Source: a virus (taxonomy: Duplodnaviria > Heunggongvirae > Uroviricota > Caudoviricetes). From it: DNA of 26,382 nucleotides. The notes under the pieces are model-generated. The model ran no database searches, was not told the DNA's origin, and was given only the letters and a program-made list of their open reading frames with translations. The translations under genes and the position numbers were made by a program. Shown here piece by piece: positions 18,452-26,382 of the stretch. Each line of letters begins with the position of its first letter. Position 1 is the first letter of the stretch. The stretch lies in the IMG/VR virus record IMGVR_UViG_2526164661_000013. One strand, 5' to 3'.

Positions 18452-19960
18452 TTATTCTTCGGACTGGTCGTCGGTGTGCTGCGGCTCCTGTCGTTTCGTT
18501 GCGGCACTGCTGCCTCCTTTATCACTGGCCGGATCGGTATCAAATACCAGATCCAGCTTGCGGTTTTCATCAATTTCGGCCTTGCGCCGACGTTTGACAT
18601 CATCTGGATTACGACCACCTGCACGTACCCAGTCTGATTCTGTCGCCGCTCCACCACGAATCTGAATTTTCCAGGCCTCAGCCTCCTTAACAGGGTCAAT
18701 CCACGGCATCACCGGTCCGGAATACACCGCGGTATACAGTGAAGATCGGTCCAGATCGCGGGGTAGCCTGATAACACCGGATACCACAGCCTGTTTCAGC
18801 CAGGCACGGTACATCGGGCGGGTGACGGCACCAATAAACCAGTCCTGCAGGATCAGGTAGCCATCAGTAGATTCAACCAGCTCCTGACGCTGGGCGCTGT
18901 AAGTGCCGTTATAGTTGCGCGCTGTACTGGAAAAACTCAGACGACTGCCCGCAGCCACGGCACGCAACTGACCATTACGAAAAGTTTCAAGGTTAGGATT
19001 GGGGCGATCCGACTTCACCATTCCGATTTCTTCGCCGGGTTTCAGATCGTCGTAAATAATGCCTGGCTGAATGGTAAGCTCGCGTTCATTCTCCTTGCTG
19101 TCATTACCATCCGTTTCATAGCTCTGTCCGTCGCCTTTCCGGATGTACATCCCCAGAGCAGCGGCGATCCTTGCTGCAGTCAGCTCAGAATCTTCATACT
19201 CTTTCAGAGCACTGAGGCGGATCAGCACACCGGACAACAAAGACGTCCCGCGCATCTGGTGCAGACAGCGAACAAATTTAAGATGCAGCATTCGCTCTGC
19301 ATCCACTTCTTTGGTTTCCATCTGCCGCCCGGATACGGGACGGCTTTTATACACCAGATATTTTTCGGGACGCCCCCAGTCATCAACAAACACGCCCTGA
19401 TTCAGCCTGTTGCTCTCATCACTGGTCATGGGAATAAAGTCCGGCTCAAGCGCCTCCAGCCAGAAATGAACACCGGCAGAAGGCGTCAGGCTGTTTATGC
19501 GCCCGGAAACCATCTGGGCAAACACCTCACCATCGCGCAGCCAGGTACGCAGCATCAGACGTTCCAGCATCGGACGGGTAAACTGCCCGGTGACCTCCGG
19601 ACTGACAGACCATTCACTCCATCGGGTACGTATCTCCGCTGCCAGATCACGGGCAATGGCCCCATTGCGTAATACCGGATGTGGCTCGACAATAATCCCG
19701 TTTTTCCCCACCACCCGTTCTTCCAGCTTGTCAAATACACCAATGACCAGATCGTGGTTGTTATCAAGGTAACGAGCCTGCTCACGTAACGACACGGCCC
19801 CGTACTGGCTTAACTGGTCGGCAGTTCGGTTCTCCCGTCGGGCTTTGTGTGTCCGCGTCGTTTTTACGGCCTCATAAGCCTGGATCACCGCACGGGAACG
19901 CAGCCTTGCCGCTTTCCATCCTGGTGAAAAAACGCCAATCACATCATCAAGAATTGCCAT
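18452..19960 (-). CDS. Portal protein, about 502 aa from the MAILDDVIGVF start
   Basis: Size and position (between gpW and the prohead protease) fit a portal protein. The start overlaps the W stop (TGATG). It is not lambda gpB-like in sequence. Confidence 0.8.
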   Translation of the reverse strand: MAILDDVIGVFSPGWKAARLRSRAVIQAYEAVKTTRTHKARRENRTADQLSQYGAVSLREQARYLDNNHDLVIGVFDKLEERVVGKNGIIVEPHPVLRNGAIARDLAAEIRTRWSEWSVSPEVTGQFTRPMLERLMLRTWLRDGEVFAQMVSGRINSLTPSAGVHFWLEALEPDFIPMTSDESNRLNQGVFVDDWGRPEKYLVYKSRPVSGRQMETKEVDAERMLHLKFVRCLHQMRGTSLLSGVLIRLSALKEYEDSELTAARIAAALGMYIRKGDGQSYETDGNDSKENERELTIQPGIIYDDLKPGEEIGMVKSDRPNPNLETFRNGQLRAVAAGSRLSFSSTARNYNGTYSAQRQELVESTDGYLILQDWFIGAVTRPMYRAWLKQAVVSGVIRLPRDLDRSSLYTAVYSGPVMPWIDPVKEAEAWKIQIRGGAATESDWVRAGGRNPDDVKRRRKAEIDENRKLDLVFDTDPASDKGGSSAATKRQEPQHTDDQSEE

Positions 19961-20178
19961 CAGAACCTCGCCAGCCGGTACCCGGGATGCCCCCGTCGTC
20001 GTGTAATCAGAGCCGCAAGGCGGCGCTCCCACTCCTGCCGCCCCTGCCGGATCTCAGATAAGTTTTCCATGGTCATCTGCTGACCATTAAAAGTGACGGA
20101 TTTTCCGTCCAGCACCGCCATTTCAGCTTCCGTATAACGCTGAATCATGGCTTCAATATCATTCTGATTCATAACCAT
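19960..20178 (-). CDS. W: Head-tail joining protein gpW-like, 70-72 aa
   Basis: Small ORF between the large terminase and the portal, ending ...ITRRRGHPGYRLARF (lambda gpW ends ...QRRRGPAGFYV as I recall it). The second ATG at 20170-20172 overlaps the terminase stop (ATGA). Confidence 0.75.
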   Translation of the reverse strand: MVMNQNDIEAMIQRYTEAEMAVLDGKSVTFNGQQMTMENLSEIRQGRQEWERRLAALITRRRGHPGYRLARF

Positions 20179-22271
20179 CCTCCGGAAGTCAGCCAGGGGT
20201 TAACATCGTCAGTTACTGTTTTCTTCCGTTTTTGTTTTTTAACAGGCGTGGGTACCGGTTCCGGTGAGGGTGACGGTTCGGTACTGTCCGGGACACACTC
20301 CAGCCAGGTTTCCCGGCTCGCCCACTCCGGTGCATCCGGCCAGCGGATCTTTTCGTATCCATGCAGAATGACCAGAGCCTCGGCATACACCATCAGGTCA
20401 AAAGCTTCGTTGGCACCGCGACCCGGCTTACTCCATTTCCCGTCACTGCTCCGCTCTTCATACGTCAGTTCGTCGTAAAACCAGCTCCCCAGCCAGTCAG
20501 GGAAATGCACATAGCCGGGACCTAGCGAGTCACGCCATAACGCGTTATTCACCCGGTCTTTCAGGGCATCCGTCTGAAGAAGCCAGAGCGGCACATCACC
20601 TGCGGCCTGCGCCCGTCGGCCCGTTCGTCCGGTGTTATCAGGGAATGTACGGGTGATCAGTTTTGCTCGCCGGATGCTGTCGCCCTTAAACAGGTAAATA
20701 CGTTTACCAAGGCCATCACGACGGCAACGACGCCAGAATTTATAGGCATTATCAGTGACCCCGTCTTCACCGCCGGAGTCCACCGCCATTGCCATCAGTC
20801 GCATTTGTTGAGAAGGGTCGGAGGCCAGCGGCCAGCTTTTATGAAAAACATCCGTCAGCAGGACATCCCAGTCTTCCGGATAGCTGGCCGGATCAATTCG
20901 CTGGCTCTCCCCGTCGCTGTCACCGCGCAATGACTGCGTGATGTTGTAACGATCAATAATCCAGCGTTCGCCACGGCTGCCATAGCCCGTTACCTGAACC
21001 ACAAAACGGCGATGACGTCCCGCCTGCACATCCACTGTCGCCACAAGGAAATTAACGCCATCCGGCACACTGCGGGAAGGAACTGGCTCTGCCCGCTGCT
21101 CAAGCAATTCACTTTTTCGTTGCTCCATGCTGGCGCGGGGAAGATAAGGTAATCCCCAGTCGGTATTGATAACCGTCTTGAGTGTCTCTTCACTTCCGGT
21201 TGTCTCGTATTCCTGTTCTGCAGTAAGCAGTTTGTAAACGAGTTGCGAGAGTGTCTGATAAGCAGCTGCCGGACCCTCCATCCAGAATGACGCAATACGT
21301 GAACGCCGGGGATCACCATAACGACTGCCATCTGCATTGATGGATTCACCATCCCGTAACCAGACCCCACGTCCGTTCAGCTCGCGTTTTTGTTCAGGCA
21401 AAATCCGTCCTGAACAGGAAGGACACTGAATATAAGCCGCCTCACTTGCCAGCACAGGATCGGCAATATCACGGAAACCAGCAACCACATCGCCGCAGGG
21501 CTGAAAATACTCACCACAGTGTGGACAGGGCCAGTACCAGCGACGGCGATCGCCACGGTTATAGAGCGACAGGATCCCCGTGGTTGGTGGAGCCTCATGC
21601 GGTGAAGTCCGTCGCCATTTCACATCCTTCACATCCCTGCCGGGGGAACTCTCCACCAGCGTCATACCACTGGACATAAATGTGGTGGTACGTTTTGAGG
21701 CAAGAGAGAAGGCATCCCCCTCACCATCAATATCTTCCGGAAAACGGTCATAATCCGTCAGCGCCACGCATTTATAATCTGATGAAGACATGATATTGAC
21801 TGACGGCCAGCCGATTTTCAGGTAGTTGCCAGCAAGGAATGTTCTGTCATAAACGTTGTTGTCATTTTTGTTCGGACTCAGGCGACTGACCACTTCCGGG
21901 CTGACGCGAAACGTTCTGGCGAGTCGTTTTTTGGAGTGTTCGCGGGCTTTTTCCTCCGTCATCTGAATGATCAGCATATCAGCAGGATCGCAAATCACGT
22001 TGTAAATCACCCAGCCGTCAATCAGGCCGATAGTCTTGCCGGTTCGTGCCGGGCCAACAAATATCACTGCGTCGTATTCACGCGAGGCCAGGCAGTTCAT
22101 AGGCTCAATAACATACGGTGCCACCAGCGGATCCCATGGGACTGAGTTCCCTGCCCCCATGGGCACCCGCATATACTGAGCAACGGCATCAGCAACCCGC
22201 ATTCGTCTCGGTGCGCGAAGGATATAACCTGAATCGGTTCGTGCTGCCTTTGCGGTTTCCTGATTCAGCAT
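20169..22271 (-). CDS. Terminase large subunit (GpA family), 700 aa
   Basis: Contains the Walker-type motif VGPARTGKT and the zinc-finger-like WYWPCPHCGEYFQPCGD, comparable to the lambda gpA CPHCGEE region. The start overlaps the small-subunit stop (TAATG). Confidence 0.9.
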   Translation of the reverse strand: MLNQETAKAARTDSGYILRAPRRMRVADAVAQYMRVPMGAGNSVPWDPLVAPYVIEPMNCLASREYDAVIFVGPARTGKTIGLIDGWVIYNVICDPADMLIIQMTEEKAREHSKKRLARTFRVSPEVVSRLSPNKNDNNVYDRTFLAGNYLKIGWPSVNIMSSSDYKCVALTDYDRFPEDIDGEGDAFSLASKRTTTFMSSGMTLVESSPGRDVKDVKWRRTSPHEAPPTTGILSLYNRGDRRRWYWPCPHCGEYFQPCGDVVAGFRDIADPVLASEAAYIQCPSCSGRILPEQKRELNGRGVWLRDGESINADGSRYGDPRRSRIASFWMEGPAAAYQTLSQLVYKLLTAEQEYETTGSEETLKTVINTDWGLPYLPRASMEQRKSELLEQRAEPVPSRSVPDGVNFLVATVDVQAGRHRRFVVQVTGYGSRGERWIIDRYNITQSLRGDSDGESQRIDPASYPEDWDVLLTDVFHKSWPLASDPSQQMRLMAMAVDSGGEDGVTDNAYKFWRRCRRDGLGKRIYLFKGDSIRRAKLITRTFPDNTGRTGRRAQAAGDVPLWLLQTDALKDRVNNALWRDSLGPGYVHFPDWLGSWFYDELTYEERSSDGKWSKPGRGANEAFDLMVYAEALVILHGYEKIRWPDAPEWASRETWLECVPDSTEPSPSPEPVPTPVKKQKRKKTVTDDVNPWLTSGGWL

Positions 22272-22765
22272 TACTCCTCCTGCTGTAATTCCTCCTCATC
22301 ATCCGCACCTGCTTCAGTCACCCGCAGGGCTACCTGATCGCGCAGATCATCAATAATGGACTGAACACGGCTCACAGCGGCAGGCTGCAGACCGCAGTCA
22401 CGTTCAAGAATATCCGGTAATGTCTCCAGCACCTGCACGACCGCTTTTGCCCAGATGGCAAACTCCCGTCTGACATCACTGGCCGGAATGAGTTGTGCCG
22501 TTTCCTGTTCGAACTTAAGACGCTCACGTTCAGACTGATACCAGGCTTTGCGCTCATGTGCGTCCATTTCGCCTTCTGCAACCGGCGGTGGTAATGCCAG
22601 AAATGCCGACACAATATCAACCACCCGATAAAGCTTGAGGTTGCTTTCATGCCCCCCTGCAACGGGTAGATTTTGCAGCCTTGCCGCAGCAGTCTGGCGA
22701 TGTACACCTGACAGTGCCGCCAATTGACTGATATTCAGCGTCAGATTTTTTAACTCTCGATCCAT
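22271..22765 (-). CDS. Terminase small subunit (Nu1-like), 164 aa
   Basis: Position immediately upstream of and coupled to the large terminase. N-terminal segment LNISQLAALSGVHRQTAAARL is helix-turn-helix-like. Acidic C-terminus. Lies about 180 bp downstream of the putative cosN. Confidence 0.75.
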   Translation of the reverse strand: MDRELKNLTLNISQLAALSGVHRQTAAARLQNLPVAGGHESNLKLYRVVDIVSAFLALPPPVAEGEMDAHERKAWYQSERERLKFEQETAQLIPASDVRREFAIWAKAVVQVLETLPDILERDCGLQPAAVSRVQSIIDDLRDQVALRVTEAGADDEEELQQEE

Positions 22766-22869
22766 ACCCGCTCCAGAATGTTTTAAACATGCATCTTGCG
22801 AACGACTTTAGGCAAACGGTGTTAGTGATGAACAAAAAACAATCAAAATCGACACCACAAAAATAAAAA

Positions 22870-22895
22870 TACTGTAATATCAATCTATTACAGTA
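22870..22895. promoter_or_regulatory. 10-bp perfect inverted repeat TACTGTAATA-n6-TATTACAGTA containing an IHF consensus match, in the cosB-equivalent region
   Basis: Read directly. 22878-22890 tatcaatctatta fits the IHF consensus WATCAANNNNTTR. It lies between the putative cosN and the terminase small-subunit start, as the I1 site does in lambda. Confidence 0.35.
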
Positions 22896-22929
22896 GTGGT
22901 GATGACGGATGAAATTTCAAAAACTAGCC

Positions 22930-22965
22930 TTTTTCCGCGACGCTCCCGCCCCGTGGCAGGGACCC
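22930..22965. other. Putative cos site (cosN-like nicking region)
   Basis: Minus strand reads CCACGGGGCGGGAGCGTCGCGGAAAAAGGCTAGTTTTTGAAATTTCATCC, resembling lambda ...ACGGGGCGGCGACCTCGCGGGTTTTCGCTATTTATGAAAATTTTCC. The distance to the terminase small-subunit start (about 180 bp) is the same as in lambda. Confidence 0.5.
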
Positions 22966-23317
22966 CCACTGGGAGGACCCGACAGCCTGACAACCGTGAC
23001 GAGCATCTGAAACAGAGCGTTACATAATGGCATGGGGATAATTCAGAAGGACATCACAGCATGCCCACACAAATTAGTGTGAGTGTCCTGTTTCTTACTA
23101 CGCGCAGGACTGACGAGCATGAGGGGAAAATACGCGAACCGAAATGCCTTATCTTCAGAAATGCAGCCGGCATCCGAACTGGACGATATTGTAAATTCAC
23201 CTAAATACGAGGCATTGCTGTAGTTGAATTGCAGTACTGTATTAGCCTTACAGTGACAGAATACGATATTGACTCTGTCACTTGTGAAATGGTCAGAATG
23301 GTTAGCAGTTATGGTGA

Positions 23318-23524
23318 TCAGTCAACCACCAGGGAATAATCCTTCGTATTCTTATCGTGCTTTACTAACGCGGCCTCAATTGCCCTGAATGCTTCCAGAG
23401 ATACTTGATGTTCTATACATGCAATTACAACATCCGGGTAACCCATCGAAATGGTGCTATTAAGCATAGTTTTTACACGAACCTGCTCCTGGGAGGGGGC
23501 ATCAGTGTATTGATCTTTATGCAT
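23318..23524 (-). CDS. Hypothetical small protein, 68 aa, in the cargo region
   Basis: ORF only; no family recognised with confidence. It lies in the lysis-to-cos cargo region of the prophage. Confidence 0.35.
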   Translation of the reverse strand: MHKDQYTDAPSQEQVRVKTMLNSTISMGYPDVVIACIEHQVSLEAFRAIEAALVKHDKNTKDYSLVVD

Positions 23525-23821
23525 TTTGTCGCTCCATTCGTTTGCTCTTCACTTGCGGCTAAAAATATAACGTCAAATCACTCAGCATGAAAGAGTGAAA
23601 GTTTCAGCGCGTTTCCCTTACATAATCTGTCGTTTGTATTCTCTTCAGGCATACCGGAAAGACTAGGTATTGTCACACAACCAATACCATCGACAATCGA
23701 GATTTATATCTATTCAGTAATGTTTAAATATAACAAAACCCCGTAAAAACGAGGTTTATGGGTAATTTGTATTGTTGAATAGCATCTGATGAGAAATTGA
23801 TGCTAATACTATAAACATGCT

Positions 23822-23995
23822 AGATTAGATCAATCTTGATATCATAGCTTTCAAGACCAGTCATTTTTTCCCGTGCAGTAAACTGGATACTGGTAACTTC
23901 TTTCCCGGTCTTTTTCTTAAGCTCAATGATTTTTTTGTTATATATTCAGAAATATCTGCTTCTGTTTTTGTTTTTAACTCTTCAATGTTCATCAT
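23822..23995 (-). pseudogene. gnsB: gns-like gene (GnsA/GnsB family, 57-aa class) disrupted by a 1-nt frameshift in a homopolymeric A tract
   Basis: The ATG at 23990-23992 opens MNIEELKTKTEADISEYITKK, then the frame changes at the A7 run (plus-strand T7 at 23930-23936). The +1 frame continues IIELKKKTGKEVTSIQFTAREKMTGLESYDIKIDLI to a TAG at 23822-23824. Joined with A8, the product would be 57 aa and co-linear with GnsA/GnsB as I recall them. Confidence 0.6.
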
Positions 23996-24164
23996 TTCCT
24001 CTTTTAGTCTGTTATGACTGTCCTGGTACACAGTAGTGTCAATTATATGGAGCAAACGTATAAAAGATAAGATGAAACATCGCAATAATCAACATACGAC
24101 GGTCTAAATTTCACACAAACAGATAAAGATGATTATCATTTATTATCAATGCATTAGAATCAAA

Positions 24165-24356
24165 TCAATTCAAGAGTCTCATTGCTGCTTCCAGAATTTC
24201 TTCTGAAGTTACATGTCGATCCGCTGCTACATAAATGACTTTATGATCTCCGGTCAGAGATGGAAACCCTGCAGCCATTACAGTGAGGTGTGTTGTTTCG
24301 CCATTTGGATATTCACGCATGATGGTGTTAACTCCGGTCATCACTGGCACTACCAT
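24165..24356 (-). CDS. Hypothetical small protein, 63 aa, adjacent to the IS66 end
   Basis: ORF only. An in-frame stop 14 codons upstream means it is not an IS-truncated C-terminal fragment of a larger gene. Family not recognised. Confidence 0.35.
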   Translation of the reverse strand: MVVPVMTGVNTIMREYPNGETTHLTVMAAGFPSLTGDHKVIYVAADRHVTSEEILEAAMRLLN

Positions 24357-24446
24357 TGCTGGTTCAGAGTTAAAAAAACTATTATTTTTTTCATAATGTT
24401 ACCGTAATAGTAAGCGTGCAGCAAGAACCGTATTGACGGGGATGTG

Positions 24447-25985
24447 TTATTCAGTCGGCAGTGCTACGCGCCAGGGGAGCAGTTCGCCGACCCGGTTTAT
24501 CGGCCAGTCGGCTATGACGTCAAGGACATAGCGGAGGTAGCTTTCTGGCTCCACTCCGTTCAGTTTGCACGTCCCGATCAGGCTGTACAGCAGCGCTCCC
24601 CGCTCTCCTCCATGATCCGAACCGAAGAACAGGTAGTTTTTGCGGCCCAGACTGACCATCCGCAACGCATTTTCAGCGATGTTATTGTCCGCCTCAGCCC
24701 AGCCATCATCTGCATAGTACGTCAGCGCCGGCCACTGGTTCAGGGCGTATGCGAACGCTTTCGCCAGTTCTGAGTGTCGCGACAGGGTTTTCATCTTTTC
24801 ACGCAACCAGCTTTCCAGGGATTTCAACAGCGGTTTCGTTTTTCGCTGACGTTCAGCAAGCCGCTGCTCTGCCGGCATTCCCCTTATATCCGCCTCTATG
24901 GCGTACAACTGACCGATCTGCTCCAGGGCTTCTTCCGTCAGTGCTGACGGGATGCGGACGTGCACATCGTGGATCTTTCGGCGGGCATGAGCCCAGCAGG
25001 CAGCTTCCGTTATCCCACCATTGCGATACAGCTCGTTGAACCCGGCGTACGCATCCGCTTGCAGCACACCGCTGAAGCAGGCAAGATGAGTCTGCGGATG
25101 GATGCCTTTTCTGTCCGGGCTGTAAGCGAACCACACTGCAGGTGCCAACGCTGACCCGGCATTGCGGTCATCACGAACATACGCCCACAACCGCCCGGTC
25201 TTCGTCTTCCTATTACCCGGCAGCAGTACCTGGACCGGGGTATCATCGGCATGGAGTTTGCCGTCAGTCATGACATAGCCATGAAGCGCCTCTTCCAGCG
25301 GAGACAGCAGCCGGCAGCATGCATCCACCCAGCCCGACAGCAGTGAACGGCTCAGCTCCACACCTTGCCGGCCGTATATTTCTGACTGGCGATACAGCGG
25401 GGTGTGCTCTGCATACTTCGAGGTCAGCACGCGGGCCAGCAGCCCCGGTCCGGCGATACCCCGCTCGATGGGCCGCGAAGGTGCAGGTGCCTGCACGATG
25501 GCATCGCACTGAGTACAGGCATGTTTTTCCCGTACCGTCCGGATAACCCGGAAGGCACTACGCATCAACTCCAGCTGTTCGGCGGTATCCTCGCCCAGAT
25601 AGCTCAGTGAACCGCCGCAGTTCGGGCAGCACGGCGCCGCAGGCAACAGTCGCTTTTCGTCACGGGGTAGTGATTCAGGGAACGGCTTACGGGTGCGGGT
25701 CTGACGCAACGGACGCTGTACAGCCGGGTCATACACCCTACCAGTCAGCGTATCGCTCTCTTTCTGAAGCCGGTTCAGATCGGCTTCCATTTGTGCGATA
25801 CGGCGGGAGACTTTTTCGGAACGACTGCCGAAGTTCATCCGGCGGAGTTTATCCAGCTGCGCCTGCAGATGGTCTATTTCGCGCTCCCGGTTGCTCAGCT
25901 TTTCCTGCAGGGCGTGGATCAGCGCTTCCTGTTCGGCCAGGCGCTGTTTCAGCAGGAAGATGTCGTCAGAAGAGATGTCGTTCAT
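24447..25985 (-). CDS. tnpC: IS66-family transposase TnpC (orf3), 512 aa
   Basis: N-terminal leucine-zipper-like coiled coil ([24 protein letters not shown]), the zinc-finger-like CPNCGGSL...CTQCD motif and a DDE-type core are typical of IS66 TnpC. Confidence 0.9.
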   Translation of the reverse strand: MNDISSDDIFLLKQRLAEQEALIHALQEKLSNREREIDHLQAQLDKLRRMNFGSRSEKVSRRIAQMEADLNRLQKESDTLTGRVYDPAVQRPLRQTRTRKPFPESLPRDEKRLLPAAPCCPNCGGSLSYLGEDTAEQLELMRSAFRVIRTVREKHACTQCDAIVQAPAPSRPIERGIAGPGLLARVLTSKYAEHTPLYRQSEIYGRQGVELSRSLLSGWVDACCRLLSPLEEALHGYVMTDGKLHADDTPVQVLLPGNRKTKTGRLWAYVRDDRNAGSALAPAVWFAYSPDRKGIHPQTHLACFSGVLQADAYAGFNELYRNGGITEAACWAHARRKIHDVHVRIPSALTEEALEQIGQLYAIEADIRGMPAEQRLAERQRKTKPLLKSLESWLREKMKTLSRHSELAKAFAYALNQWPALTYYADDGWAEADNNIAENALRMVSLGRKNYLFFGSDHGGERGALLYSLIGTCKLNGVEPESYLRYVLDVIADWPINRVGELLPWRVALPTE

Positions 25986-26034
25986 AAGCCCGTATTTTAC
26001 CGGGCTTATTCTGTGACAACCAGGATAAAGAGAT

Positions 26035-26382
26035 TTACAGCATGGTCAGGGAGGTCAGCAACCGCTTGGGCTGTCGCCAGTCGATACCTTCCAGCAGCAT
26101 CGCCAGCTGCGCCTGCGTAAGGAACACTTTGCCATCACGGGCTGACGGCCAGGCGAAGCGCCCACGCTCCAGCCGTTTGGTCAGGAGGCACAGTCCGTCA
26201 CCGGTGGACCACAGCAGTTTAACCTGACTGCCGCTGCGGCCCCGGAAAATGAAAACATGGCCGGACATGGGATCGTCTTTCAGCGCCGTTTGTACTTTCG
26301 CAGCCAGGCCGTTGAAGCCATTTCTCATATCGGTGATACCGGCAACCAGCCAAATTTTGGTCCCGGAAGGTAACGGGATCAT
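26035..26382 (-). CDS. tnpB: IS66-family accessory protein TnpB (orf2), 115 aa
   Basis: [31 protein letters not shown]...[36 protein letters not shown] is characteristic of IS66 Orf2. The start codon is the last three bases of the window. Confidence 0.85.
   Translation of the reverse strand: MIPLPSGTKIWLVAGITDMRNGFNGLAAKVQTALKDDPMSGHVFIFRGRSGSQVKLLWSTGDGLCLLTKRLERGRFAWPSARDGKVFLTQAQLAMLLEGIDWRQPKRLLTSLTML

Larger units (their letters stand above)
24410..26382 (-). mobile_element. IS66-family insertion sequence, partial (terminal inverted repeat, tnpC and tnpB present; orf1/tnpA and the other end lie beyond the window)
   Basis: The characteristic IS66-family terminus GTAAGCG is at 24410-24416, just outside the tnpC stop. 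tnpB and tnpC are in the canonical order and spacing. Confidence 0.85.

Noticed and set aside
22870-22895. Possible LexA (SOS) box, because of the TACTGTA...TACAGTA symmetry
   Set aside because: The spacing is CTGT-n14-ACAG here (CTGT-n9-ACAG for the 23237-23253 dyad) rather than the CTGT-n8-ACAG of the LexA consensus. It fits a cosB/IHF-type element better.
1-26382. CRISPR arrays, tRNA/rRNA genes, integrase/attachment sites, diversity-generating retroelement targeting the tail fiber
   Set aside because: No direct-repeat/spacer array, no tRNA-like cloverleaf candidates noticed, no integrase or reverse transcriptase ORF in the window. The repeats in stf are protein-coding low-complexity repeats, not a template/variable repeat pair.

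Overview
This window is the late (morphogenesis) region of a lambdoid prophage of an Enterobacteriaceae host (E. coli-like), with every real gene on the minus strand. Read 5'->3' on the minus strand (high to low coordinates) it runs: a partial IS66-family insertion sequence (tnpB, tnpC; element continues past the window end) -> a short cargo region with small ORFs, including a frameshifted gns-like gene -> a lambda-like cos site -> terminase small and large subunits -> gpW -> portal -> ClpP-type prohead protease fused to major capsid protein -> two small head proteins -> a lambda-type tail module (Z, U, V, G/GT, H, M, L, K, I, J) -> lom -> side tail fiber stf -> tfa. Protein identities are from my recollection of phage lambda and Gifsy-2-like prophage proteins; no database search was run. 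I did not find a clear new multi-gene system. The observations most worth checking are an in-frame amber codon splitting stf, a homopolymer frameshift in the gns-like gene, the IS66 insertion beside the cargo region, a J protein whose C-terminal receptor-binding end does not match lambda, and two uncharacterised small ORFs between cos and the IS. Plus-strand ORFs in the track are antisense artefacts of the GC-rich minus-strand genes.
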